A stretch of 64,000 bases of DNA, from positions 19,956-83,955 of the forward strand of contig CAZOYU010000002.1 of assembly GCA_964584145.1 (NCBI GenBank), given 5' to 3'. Within the stretch, counting starts at the first letter, position 1. The number at the start of each line of letters is the position of its first letter. The translations under genes and the position numbers were made by a program. Under the pieces are notes generated by a model. That model did no database searches and was not told where the DNA came from. It was given only the letters and a program-made list of their open reading frames with translations. This stretch comes from an uncultured Candidatus Saccharibacteria bacterium. GTDB lineage: Bacteria; Patescibacteriota; Saccharimonadia; Saccharimonadales; Saccharimonadaceae. Positions 1 through 9,557 of this stretch are shown here, one piece after another.

Positions 1-134
1 ATAAAAAAGCCTTTCATGGCGAGGAAGTGCATTATATCGGCTCTTATGAATTGCCGCTCTCGAACTGGTATTATCTTTACACTAAAGCACTGCCAGCCGG
101 TAAGACGCTTCTGCATGCGCTCGATAAAATCCAT
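1..134 (-). CDS. ORF leaving the window at the left edge (first 44 codons visible); function unknown
   Basis: Reverse-strand ATG at 132-134 opens a frame (MDFIERMQKRLTGWQCF...) that stays open to position 1. It is absent from the ORF track, presumably because it has no stop inside the window. No family recognised. Confidence 0.25.
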   Translation of the reverse strand, partial: MDFIERMQKRLTGWQCFSVKIIPVRERQFIRADIMHFLAMKGFF

Positions 135-155
135 AAAAAATAAATACCCTTTCAA

Positions 156-232
156 TGGTAGCACCGACTGGGATCGAACCAGTGACCTTAGGCTTATGAG
201 TCCTACGCTCTAACCAGCTGAGCTACGGTGCC
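156..232 (-). tRNA. tRNA with CAU anticodon (elongator Met or lysidine-dependent Ile2)
   Basis: The reverse complement folds as a 77-nt cloverleaf: GGCACCG acceptor, GCTC/GAGC D stem, anticodon loop CTCATAA, GGTTCGATCC T arm, encoded CCA. G1-U72 and a weak anticodon stem argue against an initiator tRNA. Confidence 0.9.
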
Positions 233-289
233 ACTTATGAAAAGGTATTTACTCCATAAAGTATAGCATAAGATAGCGCGCTTGTCAGC

Positions 290-2314
290 TTATTTCTTCT
301 TGAAAACTACCGCCGTGCGGCAGGGCAGATATATTTCGAAACCTAAGCCGCGACGTGCATCGTCTTGCGTATAATAAGTATAATTTTTACTAATTCGTTC
401 TTGTCCGCCGAAGTTCGCATCGTCCGTCGAGAAAATCGCCTGATATTCGCCTGCGCCTGTCGGGTGTGCATGCAGGAAGAAATTTGTCAGCGAATTGTCG
501 GGATGAAAATTGAAAACAAATAGCAAATTTCCGCGCGCAAAAGCCAACACTTTGTCTTTCTCATCTATCCATAAATTCTCCGCACCCGCGCTTTTCATGA
601 TATGGTAGCGTTTCGCCAATTTCAGCATCGCTTTATCAAAATTTTGCAGCCATTCATATTTTAATAACGGATTGTCTACCAGCGACCATTGTCGTCGCGC
701 ATATTTATAATCCCAGCCATTGCCTTCGCGCGGAAAATCGATCCATTCCGGATGCCCAAATTCATTACCCATGAAGTTTAAATACGCTTCGCAACTCATC
801 GATAAAGTCGCTAACCGCATTAATTTATGCATCGCCATCGCGCGGTCAATTACCGGCGAATGATAATCTTTGCTCATGCCAGTATACATTTCCGCATCTG
901 CCATTCTGAACATCAATGTTTTGTCCCCTACTAGCGCTTGGTCATGCGATTCTGTATAGCCGACACTTTTTTCGCTTGGTCGCCGCGTCGTTAATTCATG
1001 CCACATTTTGTGCATATCGCGTTTTTCGTCACGCTCTTCGACGACCGACTTCGCCCAATAATCTGGAATGCCCATTGCTAAGCGGTAATCAAAACCAATC
1101 CCGCCCCATTTAATTGGTAAGCACATCCCTGGCATGCCACTCATGTCTTCTGCAATTGTAATTGCTTGCGGATTTTTTTCGTGTACTAATTCGTTTGCTA
1201 ATTGTAAATAAGTTAGCGCATCAATGTCCGTATTTAAACTAAAATATTTACTATAATCCGTAAAATCTGTGCCCAGCCCGTGGTCGTGATAGCACATGCT
1301 CGTCACGCCATCAAAACGGAAACCGTCAAAATGATACTCGTCCATCCAATAGGCTAAATTCGACAGCAGAAAATGCAATACTTCGTATTTAGCATAATTA
1401 AATAATTTTGTCCCCCATGCGGGATGGTTGCCAGCATTGCCTGCGCGGAAGAATTGTGTACGCGTGCCGTCAAACATGTTGATTCCCTCAGCTGTATTCG
1501 CGCTCGCATGCGAATGCACGACATCTAGCAATACTTTCAGCCCCAAATTGTGCGCTTTATTAATCAGATATTTCAAATCATCTGGCGTACCATACCAACT
1601 CGACGCCGCAAAGAAATTTGTCACCTGGTAACCGAAGGATGCATAATAAGGATGTTCTTGGATTGCCATCAACTGAATTGCCGTATAGCCATCCTTAACA
1701 ATCCGCGGCAAAATTTTATCCGCGAAATCGCGATAGCTACCTACGCCACCTTGTTCTTGCGCCATACCCACATGTGTTTCGTAAATAAACAACTGCTCAG
1801 CTTTTCTGTTCAAATAGCCTGCATCCGTCCAGTGGAATTTTCTAGCCGGCGCCCAAATTGCTCCCACAAAACTTTTCTCGTCTGTATCTTTTACGACGCG
1901 GTGAATATATAACGGAATTCGGTCAAAGGTTCGTCCGTTTCGGATCACCTGCACTTTGACACGTTGCTCATGCTGTAGCGCATCTTTGCCTTTTAATTCA
2001 ATTTCCCATACGCCACCTGCTTTCAGCTTCAATGGATGTGATGTGCGATTCCATTTATTAAAATCGCCAATCAAATACAGCGCATCTGCGCCAGGTGCCC
2101 ACTCGCGATATAGCCAGCCATCAGCCGTCTGAATGAAGCCGAATTTTTGATAACCATCTGCAAAAGATTTCAAATCCGCCGTATCGCCCAGCAAACCTGC
2201 GCGCACTTCCTCATAGCGGTCCATGCGCAATTCAATGTCTTGCGCAAACGGCTCCAGCCACGGATCGATTTCAAATATTTTGTAGTCGGTTTTTTTAACT
2301 TTTATTTTGCCCAT
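290..2314 (-). CDS. glgB: 1,4-alpha-glucan branching enzyme, eukaryote-like GH13 type
   Basis: 674 aa. The N-terminus (IFEIDPWLEPF...YREWAPGA...LIGDFNKWN) and catalytic-region motifs (LDVVHSHAS, GFRFDGVTSM, AEDMSG, ESHDQALVGDK) match GBE-type branching enzymes. I moved the start to the internal ATG at 2314 because the ORF-track start (2365) overlaps tRNA-Ser. Confidence 0.9.
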   Translation of the reverse strand: MGKIKVKKTDYKIFEIDPWLEPFAQDIELRMDRYEEVRAGLLGDTADLKSFADGYQKFGFIQTADGWLYREWAPGADALYLIGDFNKWNRTSHPLKLKAGGVWEIELKGKDALQHEQRVKVQVIRNGRTFDRIPLYIHRVVKDTDEKSFVGAIWAPARKFHWTDAGYLNRKAEQLFIYETHVGMAQEQGGVGSYRDFADKILPRIVKDGYTAIQLMAIQEHPYYASFGYQVTNFFAASSWYGTPDDLKYLINKAHNLGLKVLLDVVHSHASANTAEGINMFDGTRTQFFRAGNAGNHPAWGTKLFNYAKYEVLHFLLSNLAYWMDEYHFDGFRFDGVTSMCYHDHGLGTDFTDYSKYFSLNTDIDALTYLQLANELVHEKNPQAITIAEDMSGMPGMCLPIKWGGIGFDYRLAMGIPDYWAKSVVEERDEKRDMHKMWHELTTRRPSEKSVGYTESHDQALVGDKTLMFRMADAEMYTGMSKDYHSPVIDRAMAMHKLMRLATLSMSCEAYLNFMGNEFGHPEWIDFPREGNGWDYKYARRQWSLVDNPLLKYEWLQNFDKAMLKLAKRYHIMKSAGAENLWIDEKDKVLAFARGNLLFVFNFHPDNSLTNFFLHAHPTGAGEYQAIFSTDDANFGGQERISKNYTYYTQDDARRGLGFEIYLPCRTAVVFKKK

Positions 2315-2337
2315 AAATAATCGCCTACCCTCAAAAA

Positions 2338-2426
2338 TGGCGGAAGGAGTGAGATTCGAACTCACGGTGGTTATGCGCCACGCCGGTTTTCAAGACCGGT
2401 GCCTTAAACCGCTCGGCCATCCTTCC
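2338..2426 (-). tRNA. tRNA-Ser(UGA)
   Basis: 89-nt class II tRNA on the reverse strand: acceptor GGAAGGA/TCCTTCC, anticodon arm CCGGT-CTTGAAA-ACCGG, long variable arm, TTCGAAT T loop, encoded CCA. Confidence 0.92.
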
Positions 2427-2469
2427 ACTAGGCCAAATTATACCATACAATGCTACAATTGCCTCAGCT

Positions 2470-2901
2470 ATGAAAGTAAAGATTGTAAAATTTTATGACG
2501 ATGCGATTATTCCGCAATATCAAACAGCGGGCGCGGCGGGCTTCGATTTTTGCGCCCATCTTGCCGCACCCGTTACTTTGAAACCGGGCGAGATTCATGC
2601 TTTTGATACGGGCGTCGGAGTTGAATTGCCTGCTGGCTACGAGCTGCAAATTCGCAGCCGTAGTGGCCTCGCTTACAAACATTCTGTCACGTTGCTCAAT
2701 GGCATCGGCACAATTGATTCCGACTATCGTGGCGAAATGCGCGTGTTACTCAAAAATCATGGTGACCACGATTTCGTTGTCGAACCGGGTATGCGTATCG
2801 CGCAAGGCGTAATCGCACAGTATGCTCACGTTGAATGGGAAGAAGTAACTGAATTATCTGAATCTGACCGCAACGGCGGCTTCGGTTCGACTGGTCTATG
2901 A
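2470..2901 (+). CDS. dut: dUTP diphosphatase
   Basis: 143 aa with typical dUTPase motifs (AAGFD, RSRSGL, GTIDSDYRGE, GGFGSTG). Confidence 0.93.
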   Translation: MKVKIVKFYDDAIIPQYQTAGAAGFDFCAHLAAPVTLKPGEIHAFDTGVGVELPAGYELQIRSRSGLAYKHSVTLLNGIGTIDSDYRGEMRVLLKNHGDHDFVVEPGMRIAQGVIAQYAHVEWEEVTELSESDRNGGFGSTGL

Positions 2902-2948
2902 CCGTCAATAGACCGCATTGCTACTAGTTAGCATTTCGCCAACTGTAA

Positions 2949-3650
2949 TTATTCTGCGTTCGTATGCACGGCGACCACGTCGTCCAACTCGTCAATTGCG
3001 TCTAAAATCTTTTCGACTTTTGTGCTCGTCTCTTCATCGACTGGCACGTTGTTGTTTGGTACATATTGCAATTCCGCTGAATCAACTTCGATTCCGGCTT
3101 CAATCAGTGCACTGCGCACTTTCATTAGATCGCTCGCTGCGGTATAAATTGTCGTACCGTCTTCTTCATCCAACACATCTTCTGCACCCGCATCTAGCGC
3201 CGCCATCATTAGTTCGTCGCCTTTCGCCTTCGTAAAAATAACGCCTTTGCGCGTAAATTGGAACATTACTGACCCAGGATCCGCCATTCGGCCGCCATTT
3301 TTCTCCAGAGTGTGGCGTACTTCTGGCATTGTCCGGTTTTTATTATCGGTTGCGACTTCAATAATAATGCCCACGCCGCCAGGACCATACGCTTCATAAG
3401 TTTCTTCAATCAGCGCCGCTGCATTCTTGTCCGCTACGCGTGCAATTGCGCGCTCAATATTGGCTTTTGGCATATTTGCCAAGCGAGCTTTTTCTAGCAC
3501 CATCGCCAACGAAGGATTCATCGCGGGGTCGGTACCACTACGTGCTGCAATTGCAATTTGGTTACCGATTTTCGTGAACAACGCACCGCGTTTTGCATCA
3601 ACAACAGCCTTTTGGCGCTTGGTGGTTGCCCATTTACTGTGTCCGCTCAT
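2949..3650 (-). CDS. yebC: YebC/PmpR-family transcriptional regulator
   Basis: 233 aa starting MSGHSKWATTKRQKAVVDAKRG, the hallmark N-terminus of the YebC/TACO1 family. Confidence 0.92.
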   Translation of the reverse strand: MSGHSKWATTKRQKAVVDAKRGALFTKIGNQIAIAARSGTDPAMNPSLAMVLEKARLANMPKANIERAIARVADKNAAALIEETYEAYGPGGVGIIIEVATDNKNRTMPEVRHTLEKNGGRMADPGSVMFQFTRKGVIFTKAKGDELMMAALDAGAEDVLDEEDGTTIYTAASDLMKVRSALIEAGIEVDSAELQYVPNNNVPVDEETSTKVEKILDAIDELDDVVAVHTNAE

Positions 3651-3793
3651 TCGAACTCCCTCATTATATTTTTATCTACTATTATCTGTTATTTTAACAT
3701 ATTCAGGCGCTAAATGCAAAAACATCATGCTGATGCTTTTACGTCTTTTCTCGAAGTGTTATTTTTGCCTTGTAAAGACGAAAGGAGAAGAGA

Positions 3794-4189
3794 ATGCTGT
3801 ATTTGCGAAAAATGCGCTTCACGGAGGATGAGTTGAATAAACTTCGTGATGAGTTTGGCGGTTATCTTTGGACAGCCATTGATATCCACCGTGGCATTAT
3901 TTCCGCCGGCGATGAATATTTAGCCGACTTGCGGGACTTTTTATTAATTAAACGTAGCAAACCTCAAGATATTTTATGCGCCGGTCTCGATCTTGAAACT
4001 GGCGAAATTTTTTATCCCGCCCAGATTAACCGTCGCAATCCTTTCGTCAACCGCGATGGCGTCCCCGATGTTTTTCGCAAACGCGTCGATACTCTCATGC
4101 GCTATTTCTTTGAAGCGATTCCTAATTATCGCGCTGAACGTAGCTGTCCACGCTATTCCCGCAAGCCGACTGCCTTATCCTTCGACTAG
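3794..4189 (+). CDS. hypothetical protein (131 aa)
   Basis: Complete ORF with an AGGAG-like site (aaaggagaagaga) upstream of the ATG. No family recognised with confidence. Confidence 0.6.
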   Translation: MLYLRKMRFTEDELNKLRDEFGGYLWTAIDIHRGIISAGDEYLADLRDFLLIKRSKPQDILCAGLDLETGEIFYPAQINRRNPFVNRDGVPDVFRKRVDTLMRYFFEAIPNYRAERSCPRYSRKPTALSFD

Positions 4190-4241
4190 ATTTTAAAGTG
4201 TTTATTAGCTAAAATTATTACTAACAAGAAGGAGGTTTTCA

Positions 4242-5297
4242 GTGGCTAAAAAAAGTCAGGAAGTGGTGGGCGCAGATAAAGACAAAAAATCTAAAGACGC
4301 AGCTCAGGATGACGGTAAGAAACAGGCCTTAAACTTAGCCCTGTCTCAAATTACTAAACAATTTGGCGATGGCTCAATTATGAAATTGGGCGAGCAATCA
4401 AAAATTAATGTTGAGCTATTTTCATCTGGCTCGTTGGCACTGGATTTAGCACTAGGTGGCGGTTATCCAAAAGGGCGTATTATTGAGATCTATGGCCCTG
4501 AATCGTCCGGTAAAACCACGCTTGCTTTGCATGCAATTGCCGAGATTCAGCGCAAAGGTGGCCAAGCTGCCTTCATTGATGCTGAGCATGCGCTTGACCC
4601 GTCCTATGCTCGCAAGATTGGTGTAAAAACTGATGATTTATTGATTTCGCAGCCAGACAACGGGGAACAGGCACTCGAAATTTGTGAAACGCTCGTACGT
4701 TCTGGCGCAGTGGATCTAATTGTTGTCGACTCCGTCGCCGCCCTCGTGCCGCAAGCCGAAATTGATGGCGATATGGGCGATGCGCAGATGGGCTTGCAAG
4801 CGCGCTTAATGTCGCAGGCTATGCGCAAACTTACTGGCATTATTAGCAAGACTAAAGCAACTGTTATTTTCATCAATCAGATTCGCATGAAGATTGGCGT
4901 AATGTTTGGCAATCCCGAAACAACTACCGGCGGTAACGCACTTAAATTTTATGCCTCCGTCCGTGTCGATATTCGCCGTATCGGCCAGATTAAGGATGGC
5001 GAAAATATTTCTGGTAACCGTACAAAGATTAAGGTTGTGAAAAATAAGATTGCGGCACCATTCCGTACTGCCGAATTCGATATCATGTATAACGAAGGTA
5101 TTTCCAAGACGGGCGACGTGCTTGACCTTGGCGTCCAATACAATATCATCGAGAAAGCCGGTGCTTTCTTCAAATATAATGGCGAAACTATCGGGCAGGG
5201 GCGGGAGGCCGTTAAGCGCCTCTTCAAAGAGAAGCCTGAGCTCATGAACGAAATTGAAGCCAAAGTACGTGAAGCCGCCAAGACCGACGAAGATTAA
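4242..5297 (+). CDS. recA: recombinase RecA
   Basis: 351 aa. Walker [19 protein letters not shown] and the L1/L2 regions are present. GTG start preceded by AAGGAGG. Confidence 0.97.
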   Translation: MAKKSQEVVGADKDKKSKDAAQDDGKKQALNLALSQITKQFGDGSIMKLGEQSKINVELFSSGSLALDLALGGGYPKGRIIEIYGPESSGKTTLALHAIAEIQRKGGQAAFIDAEHALDPSYARKIGVKTDDLLISQPDNGEQALEICETLVRSGAVDLIVVDSVAALVPQAEIDGDMGDAQMGLQARLMSQAMRKLTGIISKTKATVIFINQIRMKIGVMFGNPETTTGGNALKFYASVRVDIRRIGQIKDGENISGNRTKIKVVKNKIAAPFRTAEFDIMYNEGISKTGDVLDLGVQYNIIEKAGAFFKYNGETIGQGREAVKRLFKEKPELMNEIEAKVREAAKTDED

Positions 5298-6016
5298 TGC
5301 TCGAAACCATTACGCTCAGTAGCGCGATGCCTCCCGCCTCGCGCTACCGCATTACTGATATCAAAGCCGCCATGCGCGATCAGAATCGCGTCAATATTTA
5401 TCTTGACGATAAATTTTTCTGCTCGCTCGACATTTCGCAAGTTGTTGATTTTCATCTCAAAATTGGCAAGACACTTGATGATACCGAGCGCATCCAACTG
5501 CGGCGTGCCTCTGATTTCGGCAAATTCTATGCGCGTGCGCTTGAATACGCCCTAATGCGGCCACGCTCCAGCAAAGAGATTCGCGACTATCTTCAGCGCA
5601 AAACGCTTACGCGTAAAATTCGTGTCAAAAATCGCAAGACCGGCGAGTATCAGACTGAAGATAAGGCCGGTTATGATGCCAGTCTCGTGCCGCTCGTTTT
5701 TGCGCGCCTCGAAGAGCGTGGCTATATTAACGATTTGCATTTTGCCACGCTTTGGCTTGAAAATCGTCATGTTAGCAAGGGCGCTAGTCTCAAAAAACTC
5801 CGTCAAGAATTGCAACAAAAAGGTATTAGTCAGACAATTATCGAACAGGTGCTTGCCGAGACCGATCGCAATGACAGCGACGAGTTGCGTAAACTCATCA
5901 CTAAAAAACGCGCCAAATATCCCGACGAGCAAAAATTTATTCAATATTTATTACGGGCAGGTTTTAACTATTCGGATATACTTGATGCACTCTCCGAACT
6001 TTCTTCTGGTGCATAA
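5297..6016 (+). CDS. recX: RecX-family regulatory protein
   Basis: 239 aa directly after recA (TAATG overlap). Three-helix-repeat-like sequence and recA-recX synteny. Confidence 0.75.
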   Translation: MLETITLSSAMPPASRYRITDIKAAMRDQNRVNIYLDDKFFCSLDISQVVDFHLKIGKTLDDTERIQLRRASDFGKFYARALEYALMRPRSSKEIRDYLQRKTLTRKIRVKNRKTGEYQTEDKAGYDASLVPLVFARLEERGYINDLHFATLWLENRHVSKGASLKKLRQELQQKGISQTIIEQVLAETDRNDSDELRKLITKKRAKYPDEQKFIQYLLRAGFNYSDILDALSELSSGA

Positions 6017-6606
6017 CTTGGCTTGCGAAAAGGATTCACGAATTCGCGTTTTTGTTCTTCAATTTCTTCCGCGACTGCTGCTTCTTTTTTCTCTGGTACT
6101 TTCACTTGCTCTTTATCGTGCTTAATTGTCACGGTATAATCATCAATTTCCACAATTTGCGAGCGGTTAATTGTCAGCTGCGGGTCGCTCAAAGACATCA
6201 ATCCCATTGGCCGTTGTACAATCAGCTGGTAAATCATTAGACTCTGCGAATCGAGCGTATAATCCGCAACTTTGCCTAGCTTGCGCTTGTTGGGTGTTAA
6301 CACTTTTAGTCCAATCACATCAAAATTCAGCGACATGACTTTATCAATGCGAATTACGTCTTCGCGCACCACGAATACATCCGACGAATCGATAATTATC
6401 CCTTCAGGGCTCATTTCGCGCACATCTTCTGCCATCAAGATATTGCCAACTTCGGGATCATTTTGAATAATCGGCCCTTCAACTACATAAGCAATCACGC
6501 GCAAATCTTCTGGGTCAATAATTGCTTTTTTGACAATCGCAATTTTACCTCCCAGATGTAAGCTCAGTACCGGCATGCCGATTACCTTTGAGCCAATCAT
6601 TAGCAT
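5968..6606 (-). CDS. PRC-barrel domain protein
   Basis: Two PRC-barrel-like halves (VIGMPVLSL..GKIAIVKKAIIDPEDLRVIAYVV ; VIGLKVLTPNKRKLGKVADYTLDSQS). The start is set at the internal ATG 6604-6606, which has GGAG upstream. The ORF-track start 6645 would overlap tilS. Confidence 0.7.
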   Translation of the reverse strand: MLMIGSKVIGMPVLSLHLGGKIAIVKKAIIDPEDLRVIAYVVEGPIIQNDPEVGNILMAEDVREMSPEGIIIDSSDVFVVREDVIRIDKVMSLNFDVIGLKVLTPNKRKLGKVADYTLDSQSLMIYQLIVQRPMGLMSLSDPQLTINRSQIVEIDDYTVTIKHDKEQVKVPEKKEAAVAEEIEEQKREFVNPFRKPSYAPEESSESASSISE

Positions 6607-6643
6607 TTTCTTTCCGCTCCTTATCTTGTTAAAATTATAACAC

Positions 6644-7480
6644 ATGAAAAAAATCTTAGCGGTGTCGGGTGGCGTCGATTCGGTCGTGATGCTGCATTTA
6701 TTTCGCCACGATCCCGATGTTATCGTTGCGCATTTCGATCATGGTATTCGCCCCAACTCCGTCGATGACTGTAATTTTGTGAAACGGCTCGCGGCTGAAA
6801 ATGGGAATGATTTTCATTTTGCGCGAGCGCAACTTGGACCGAATTGTTCTGAAGCTACCGCCCGTGCTGCGCGTTATGATTTTTTGCAGCAACTCACTCG
6901 CGACTTAAATGGCAAGATTTATACTGCACACCACTTAGACGACCTCGCTGAAACTGTCGTAATTAATTTATTGCGCGGCACGGGCTGGCGCGGACTCGCG
7001 GCGCTCAATAATTCCAATATCGAGCGGCCGCTTCTAACTTGGTCGAAGCGCGAAATTTATCAATATGCCGCTCAGCATCAATTGCACTTTCGTCTCGACC
7101 AAACTAATTCCGATCCAAAATATTTGCGCAACCGTGTCCGTGTCGCTTTGCAACGAGCCGACCGCGCGCAAGTTGATCGACTCGCGCAACTCGCCTTGCG
7201 CCAGCGTGCACTCGCTACGCAAATTGATGCCGAACTCGCCGACTTGCCTCGCGATAATTATCCGCGCGCACTCGCTACACTTGACCAAGTTGTTGCGCTG
7301 GAAATTCTTCGCGCAATTTTGCAGCGTCAACAAATTTCGCAAACTCGTCCGCAGCTGCAGCGCGCGCTTGCCGCGATCCGCGATTATACCAATGGCAAAC
7401 AGTTCCCTCTCAATCAGCATTACGCGCTTATGATGGGGCGCTACTGCTTCCGTATCGTGCCCACGATTTGCCCGCAGTGA
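6644..7480 (+). CDS. tilS: tRNA(Ile)-lysidine synthase (short form)
   Basis: 278 aa with the PP-loop SGGVDS at the N-terminus and a TilS-like core (HHLDDLAETVVINLLRGTG). Confidence 0.85.
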   Translation: MKKILAVSGGVDSVVMLHLFRHDPDVIVAHFDHGIRPNSVDDCNFVKRLAAENGNDFHFARAQLGPNCSEATARAARYDFLQQLTRDLNGKIYTAHHLDDLAETVVINLLRGTGWRGLAALNNSNIERPLLTWSKREIYQYAAQHQLHFRLDQTNSDPKYLRNRVRVALQRADRAQVDRLAQLALRQRALATQIDAELADLPRDNYPRALATLDQVVALEILRAILQRQQISQTRPQLQRALAAIRDYTNGKQFPLNQHYALMMGRYCFRIVPTICPQ

Positions 7481-7486
7481 GCGAAC

Positions 7487-8722
7487 ATGTTAAAATATGT
7501 ATGCATGAGAATACGTAAGACGAGGGTCAACCTCTCTATACTTATCCTTGGTCTAATTATTTCAACTCTTCTTTTTGGGATTATCTGTAAGAAGCAGTCG
7601 CTTTTTGCGAGCGCAACTTCTGGCGACTCTTCCGCGACGTCTGACTCAATTAGTAGCACTGAACATTACATCACTTTTTACGACAATGGCACCGTCTTGA
7701 CTGTGCGCAGTGACGCGCAGACCGTTCGCGAAGCAATCGAACGCGCCGACATTAAACTCGGCAACTACGATACGGTTGAGCCTGCTCTCGACGACGAAAT
7801 TAACGAAGAGGATTTCAATATCAATATTTATCGTGCGCGCGAAGTTGTTGTGGTTGATGGCTATACGCGCAAATATCTTAAAACCGCTAAGACTGATCCC
7901 GCCGAAGTCGTCGCTGCGGCTGGCGTTGAATTGCTCGATGCCGATACGGTCGCAGTTGTTGCAAATAATAATATCCTCGAAAGTGGCACACTTACGGCCT
8001 ACCAGGTTAATCGTGCTAAAGTAATTAATCTCAATTTCTTTGGCAAAAATACGCAGGTGCGCACGCAGGCTAAAACTGTCGGTGCCTTCCTAGAAGAGCG
8101 GGGCATTAGCGCTGATTCTGCCGACAACTGGATTTCCGCCACCACCGATACGCCAATTACCGATGGCATTGCGCTTACAGTCTACCAGCAGGGCAAGCAA
8201 ACGCTTACCGTCGAAGAAGATATCGCTTTCTCTGAAACTTATACTTATGATTACGCACTCGACTATGACACGCGTACGATTACCCAGGCAGGGAAGCTGG
8301 GCAAAAAAGTTGCAACTTATGAAGTTGAAATGCGAGATGGCGTTGAGCTTTCGCGCGTGTTAGTTTCCGAAATTATTACTCAAAATCCCGAAACACAGCA
8401 GGTCACGATTGGTATGAAGGTAAATCTACCGCCAGGCACGCACCAAGATTGGATGGCCGCCGCCGGCATCGCTGCCAGCGACTATGGTTATGTCAATTAC
8501 ATCGTCGACAAAGAGTCGCATTGGAATCCGCTCTCGAAAAATACTCGCAGTGGCGCAACTGGCCTCTGCCAAGCTCTGCCAGGCAGTAAGATGGCTTCTG
8601 CTGGCTCCGACTGGGAGACAAATCCAATTACACAATTGCGCTGGTGCAATAGTTATGCCGTCGGGCGTTATGGTAGTTGGGCAAAGGCATATGAATTCTG
8701 GACACAGAAACATTGGTGGTAG
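7487..8722 (+). CDS. secreted DUF348-repeat / G5-domain protein with C-terminal Apf/transglycosylase-like muralytic domain
   Basis: 411 aa. N-terminal TM/signal, three DUF348-like repeats, and a G5-like segment (TITQAGKLGKKVATYEVEMRDGVE). The C-terminus (ESHWNPLSKNTRSGATGLCQALPGSK...GRYGSWAKAYEFWTQKHWW) resembles Apf/IsaA-type domains. The start could instead be the ATG at 7505. Confidence 0.7.
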   Translation: MLKYVCMRIRKTRVNLSILILGLIISTLLFGIICKKQSLFASATSGDSSATSDSISSTEHYITFYDNGTVLTVRSDAQTVREAIERADIKLGNYDTVEPALDDEINEEDFNINIYRAREVVVVDGYTRKYLKTAKTDPAEVVAAAGVELLDADTVAVVANNNILESGTLTAYQVNRAKVINLNFFGKNTQVRTQAKTVGAFLEERGISADSADNWISATTDTPITDGIALTVYQQGKQTLTVEEDIAFSETYTYDYALDYDTRTITQAGKLGKKVATYEVEMRDGVELSRVLVSEIITQNPETQQVTIGMKVNLPPGTHQDWMAAAGIAASDYGYVNYIVDKESHWNPLSKNTRSGATGLCQALPGSKMASAGSDWETNPITQLRWCNSYAVGRYGSWAKAYEFWTQKHWW

Positions 8723-8738
8723 AATTAGGTAACAAAAT

Positions 8739-9515
8739 ATGGCACTCCAAAATAAAAAATCACTTGGCCAAAATTGGCTAAAAGATCGCGACATCTTGCT
8801 CGACATTGCTGACGCTGCTAGCTGTGCCGATGTTGATGAAGTGCTCGAAATCGGTCCAGGTCTCGGCACGCTTACCTCTGCGCTTTTTCAATTTTTTGAT
8901 AAAGTTACTGCCGTTGAATTTGATGCGCGTCTTGCTCAAAATCTCCCCAAATCCTTTCCAGGCAAAAATCTCACCGTTATTAATCAAGACATTCTGAGCC
9001 TTAACCTGAATGAGCTTGACTTGCCCAAAAAATATGTTGTCGCTGGAAACATTCCGTATTACATTACTTCGCCGATTATTCAGAAATTTCTTCATGCCGA
9101 GCATCGTCCTCAGAAAATCGTGTTGCTTGTTCAAAAAGAAGTTGCGCAGCGACTTGTGGCTGGCCCAGGTGATTATTCTATCCTCGGTCTTTCCGCTCAA
9201 ATTTATGCTGACGTTGCGCTTGGTGGTATTGTTAAACGCGAATTCTTTACGCCGCCACCAAAAGTTGATAGTCAAGTGGTGATTTTGGCGCCACTTGCGC
9301 AGCCGCGCGCGTCCGAATCAACAATGGGTCTCATTAAAGCTGGCTTCAGCGCGCCGCGCAAAAAACTTGTTTCTAATCTCGCTGCAAGTTTACAGTTGCC
9401 TCGCGAACAAATTCTAACTATCTTTGCTAATAATCATATCTCCGAAAATGCGCGTCCGGCCGACCTTACTATCGCTGACTGGTGCGCTCTTGAAAAAAAT
9501 ATCCATAAGCATTAA
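8739..9515 (+). CDS. rsmA: 16S rRNA (adenine1518/1519-N6)-dimethyltransferase
   Basis: 258 aa. KSLGQNWL, the SAM motif VLEIGPGLGTLT and NIPYYITSPI are typical of KsgA/RsmA. Confidence 0.93.
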   Translation: MALQNKKSLGQNWLKDRDILLDIADAASCADVDEVLEIGPGLGTLTSALFQFFDKVTAVEFDARLAQNLPKSFPGKNLTVINQDILSLNLNELDLPKKYVVAGNIPYYITSPIIQKFLHAEHRPQKIVLLVQKEVAQRLVAGPGDYSILGLSAQIYADVALGGIVKREFFTPPPKVDSQVVILAPLAQPRASESTMGLIKAGFSAPRKKLVSNLAASLQLPREQILTIFANNHISENARPADLTIADWCALEKNIHKH

Positions 9516-9557
9516 TATATAAACAGCTAAGAATATTTTTAATGGAGCAAAGCGCCT

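Noticed and set aside
16-213. 65-aa + strand ORF at the left edge
   Set aside because: Its 3' part runs through the tRNA(CAU) gene on the opposite strand, and it has no RBS or promoter context.
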